DNA of 64,000 nucleotides from a virus (Duplodnaviria; Caudoviricetes): IMG/VR virus record IMGVR_UViG_3300028139_000001, positions 1 to 64,000 of that record; one strand, 5' to 3'. Shown piece by piece: positions 59,742 to 64,000 of this stretch (position 1 is its first letter; each line of letters starts with the position of its first letter). The notes under the pieces were generated by a model. It saw only the letters and a program-made list of their open reading frames with translations, ran no database searches and was not told where the DNA came from. The position numbers and the translations under genes were made by a program.

Positions 59742-61346
59742 ATGAGATTTTTAAAAAGTCATCCGATTTTTAGATTAGGGAACGATTTCTTAGTGGATTC
59801 ACCGCAACCTATTAACTTAAGTTACATGTGAAATTTTGGTTCTTTGTTAGCTTTTTCTTTAATTATCCAGATACTGACTGGAGTAACCTTAGCGATTAAT
59901 GGGTTGCTATAAAATCTTACTGTATGCTGGAACACCCTGAATATTAAACTTAGGGCAATCAGCAGGAAACTTGTAGATCTTTTAACATTAACAAGATCCT
60001 CAGAGACTATGCGTAAGACAAATATTATATAAATAATATGTGAAGATATAGTCCGTCCTTTTTTATTGAAAAATAAAAGGTATGTTATTTATTTATTATT
60101 TTTATTGCTATGATGTTAACTTTTTTATTTATATCTGGTAATTATAACTCTAAGTTATCAAACTATCGTTCTAGAAACCGCTCGTTTATTAAAAAGGTAA
60201 ATAGAGAAAAACAAATTAGATTTTATAGTACTAAAAATAAAGATATGTGTAATTACTTAAATCCCTGATGAGTCACTGGTTTTGTATTATTTTTTTTTTC
60301 TTTTGCTTAAATTAACCATTAAACACTGCAAAAGAAAAAAAAAATCAGCAGAAGGTTCATTTGCAATGTCTATATTTAAATCAAAAACTGCTGCTATAGG
60401 TTGGACTGTAGAACCTTGTTTTATTATTACTTTACACGTGAGAGATTTAGAATTATTAAACTCAATTAGAGGTTTTTTTTCTGTAGGTTCAGTTTTAATA
60501 GTGGGGAATGATGCACGATTTAGAGTCAGATCTAGATCAGAGCTTAATGTTATTATTGCTCACTTTAATAATTACCCTTTACAGACAACTAAAGCCCTAA
60601 ATTTTACATATTTCTGTGAAATACTTAATTTTATTAATAACAGAGTTCATACTAACATTCCTGGATTTTTAAAATTATGTTCTTTAATCAATAAATTGAA
60701 CAAACCCCTGTCTCAACCACTTTTAGATAAATTAGCAGAAATAGGTCCTTTACCTAGTGTAGAGTTTGAAACTTCTCTTAACTTAAGTGCCTCAAACATA
60801 GAACAAGTCTTAAATCCTTACTGAATCTCTGGGTTTGCATTGTTTTTTTTGACGTTATTTCTTTCAGAAATTACTAAAAAAAAACTAGGTGAAGGTTGTT
60901 TTACATATTTTACAAAAACTCGTGTAAATTCTGCAGGTAAAACAGTTAAGGATTATTCTCTTGTGTTTGAAATAAGTCAGAGAACACAAGATTTACACAT
61001 ATTAAATTTAATAGCTTCTTATTTTAAAACAGGTAAGGTTTATACTGACACTAGTCGTATAAGCAGATACAGATTACGTACTAAAGATCCAATCAGTAAT
61101 ACATTAATTCCTCACTTTAAGAATTATCCTTTAGCCGGTCATAAAGCTTTACAGTGTTCACTTTGATTTAAAATAGTTTGTCTTTTAAACGATCAGGTAA
61201 GAACAGAGCAAAGAGACATAGAGTTAGAAAAATTAATAAAAGAGTTATCTGATTTAAAATAGAAACAATAGATAAATATACTTTATTATACTAGATAATG
61301 GCATTACAATCCTAGTGTATTAGAAGCATTTAACAGTGTAGAGCAT
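59742..61346 (+). CDS. cob: Apocytochrome b, exons 1-2: 59742..59896, 61301..61346 (continues beyond window)
   Basis: MRFLKSHP..DSPQPINLSYMWNFGSLL..GVTLAM|HYNPSVLEAFNSVEH; intron sites 155 and 201. Confidence 0.95.
59897..61300 (+). mobile_element. cob intron 1, group I, with a LAGLIDADG pseudogene (~60110-61262)
   Basis: Core at ~59920-60055; both LAGLIDADG motifs are interrupted by AT-rich hairpins. Confidence 0.9.
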
Positions 61347-64000
61347 AGCGTAATGTGCTCTTTAAATCAACCTATATGCTGGAAGTTCCTAAAGCTTAAA
61401 AGATTAAACTTCGCTTACGAAGTTAATTAAAATCTTTAAGATGTATATGGATAATCAGCAGGAAACCAAAGTAATTCAATTACGAGTAAAATCCTCAGAG
61501 GCTATACGGTTGACATATTTATTATATGGTGATATAGCCCTATATTGGTTGAAAGATCAATAGTTAAAGATTAATCCATTATACATATTTAATGGTATAA
61601 TATTATTGCCTAGTTACGTATCGGGTCATAAAAATAAAATGGGATTTTGTCACTTATCTACTAACTGTAATAAAAATTCTAATGTACGTACTGAAGACAA
61701 CTTTTTGAAAAATGTTTCCAGCGAGTTCTTATATTGATTTTCAGGATTCACGGATGCAACTAGCCGAAGAAGATATAGCACTAATATATCAAGTACTAAC
61801 AACGAATTAAGTTTAGTAGTTTGAGGTACAAATTTAAGGTCTCAAGTAGGTACTGGTAAATATACAAAGTTAGTTAGTTCTATTATAAAATTACCGAATT
61901 ATAATAAGAGTATTGTAATAGGATTATTATTATCAGATGGTTGGTTAACCTTTGCGAGTAAAACACATAAAAATGCACGATTAGGGTTTAAACAAACTAT
62001 AAATAATGCATCTTATGTATGATATGTTTTTAATGAATTATCTCATTATTGTAGTAGTTACCCTTATTACGCAGAAAGTAAAAGATCAGGAAAAGTATCT
62101 TATAATTTAGGATTTTTTACTCGAGGTTTGCCATGTTTCACTGAATTATACCCATTATTCTATATAAATAACATTAAAATAGTACCAGAAGATATCTATA
62201 ATATTTTAACTCCAGTTGCTCTAGCTCATCTTATCATGGGAGATGGTGGATTTAAAAGTAAAGGTATTTATATTTGTACTGACTCTTATACTATTCAAGA
62301 TACAGTACGATTAATGAATGTATTAATCATACGTTATGATTTTAAATGTACTCTTCATAAAGCTAGTAATAAACATGGATATAGAATATATATATCTCGA
62401 AATTCATTATATAAAGTAGAAAAGTTAGTTAAACCCTATTTTATACCCAGCATGTATTACAAACTAGGAGGATAGTCCCATCTTAACTCCTTTGTTTCAT
62501 TTAGTTATAAATAATCCTACTTTTTAATATCGATAGATCGTCAGTATGTAAGATTTAGATTTAAAATATCTTTGCACATGGATGATGTAGAAGTTCTTAA
62601 TACAATAAAATCTAATTTAAATGTAGGTACTGTTACAGTAGAATGTAGTAGAAACAGTTGTTCTTATGTTATACAAAATAAGGAAGAAATTAAAAATGTC
62701 ATATGCCCTATCTTTAATGCATTTCCTTTGCATACTAGTAAAAGATTAGACTTTGAAAATTTTTCTCAAGCGGTCTTTATTAAAGATAAAAAAAATTTAT
62801 CTAATACTGATATGAGCAAAATAGTATCCCTTAAAAATACTATGAACACTAAAAGAGAAATATTTACATATAACACTACAAAATCTCAAATTATAATAAA
62901 CCCTAATTGATTCATAGGATTTATAGAAGGTGAAGGGACTTTTGGTATTAAGACAGGATCGGCTTTATATTTTCAAGTTTCTCCAAAAAAATACAAGTCA
63001 AGAAAGTTTAAATGCTATAACGACCTTTTTAACTGGACTATCTAATAATGTTTTACAAAACAGTAAAATATTACCTTTGAATGTAATAAGTACAACGAAT
63101 GTTAGAACAGATGTAGTATCTTTAGTTGTAAATAGTGTAGATTCTCTTTATTATTACCTTTTACCTTTATTGGATACCTCTAAAATGTATTCACGAAAGG
63201 CTATAGATTTTAATTTATGAAGAGTTTGAAAATAAAAGGTTATTACTATTTACCTGAAGGTAAAACCCTGCCTGTTTTTAGATATATCTGACATTCTTAA
63301 TAAAAGATACAGTACAAATACTACTAAAAATATATCTGAAATTATTGATAACATTTTTAAAAGATCTCAAACCATTTTTGAAAAAGATCCACCCTTTGAT
63401 GTTAAATCTAATATACCCCACTCAGATAATGTTCGGAAATTTAGTATACAAAATAGATCTGATAACCCTAAAATTGTATATATATACACAAATAAGGGTA
63501 TGGTTGAAGGTTCTCCTTTTGTTTCATACAGTTCTGCACAGTAGTACAATACGTAACTAGGTAATTATCTAATCTTACACTTCTATGGTTATGCAAAATA
63601 ATATTTATATAAATCTTGCCATTACTCCTATAGTAAGCTATTCTAACGCAGACACATCTAAATTACAAATTATTAAAGAAATTAAAGGTAAATCAGGTAT
63701 ATATCTAATTTTTTTTTTTAGTTATTTATAAAATAAATAATAAAAAAAAATAAGAATAAACCATAAAAATGGTAAAAGCTACATAGGTAGTAGCGTCAAT
63801 TTATCTGCACGTCTTTACAGATATTTTAGTTTAGCCCACATAACTGTTCAATCAAAACATAGCATAATATGTAAATCTTTGGTTAAATATGGATATGCTG
63901 GGTTTAGCTTTGAGATATTGGAGTATTGTAATAAGGATGATGTGCTAGTTAGGGAACAATATTACTTAGATTTATTAAAACCAGAATACAACATTTTACG
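61347..64000 (+). mobile_element. cob intron 2, group I, composite, runs off the window
   Basis: Core at ~61375-61550; split host LAGLIDADG, an inserted LAGLIDADG and a GIY-YIG remnant at ~63590-64000; cob exon 3 not seen. Confidence 0.85.
61639..62475 (+). CDS. Host LAGLIDADG N-terminus fused to an inserted IGLLLSDG/LIMGDG-type LAGLIDADG (278 aa)
   Basis: WFSGFTDA|TSRRRY..IVIGLLLSDGW..LAHLIMGDGG; TAG 62473-62475. Confidence 0.8.

Overview
AT-rich fungal mitochondrial DNA read with translation table 4 (TGA=Trp), so most ORFs in the supplied track are pieces of longer frames. The + strand carries the 3' end of nad5, a degenerate nad1 5' fragment, an RNase P RNA (rnpB), atp6 (4 exons; 2 group I introns and 1 group II intron with an intact RT/maturase/HNH ORF) and a variant tRNA-Arg. 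It then carries cox1 (12 exons, 11 group I introns at canonical sites 212-1307), which runs in frame with no stop or ATG into cox2 (4 exons), and the first two exons of cob. The fused cox1-cox2 suggests Pleosporales/Dothideomycetes (inference). Most of the window is intron DNA with nested LAGLIDADG/GIY-YIG endonuclease genes and small palindromic elements. Four observations stand out. (1) cox1 intron 709 encodes no endonuclease but a 446-aa in-frame ORF that copies a cox1-end/linker/cox2-start junction with a 397-aa repeat- and TM-containing linker. (2) The 7.4-kb atp6 intron has one ribozyme core and three internal copies of its 3' splice site, each in frame with a different endonuclease ORF. 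(3) Several orphan, non-endonuclease ORFs sit next to duplicated pieces of core genes (cox2 exon 2, cox2 3' end, nad1 5' end). (4) Two introns appear to be nested inside endonuclease ORFs. All coordinates and frames were derived by hand.
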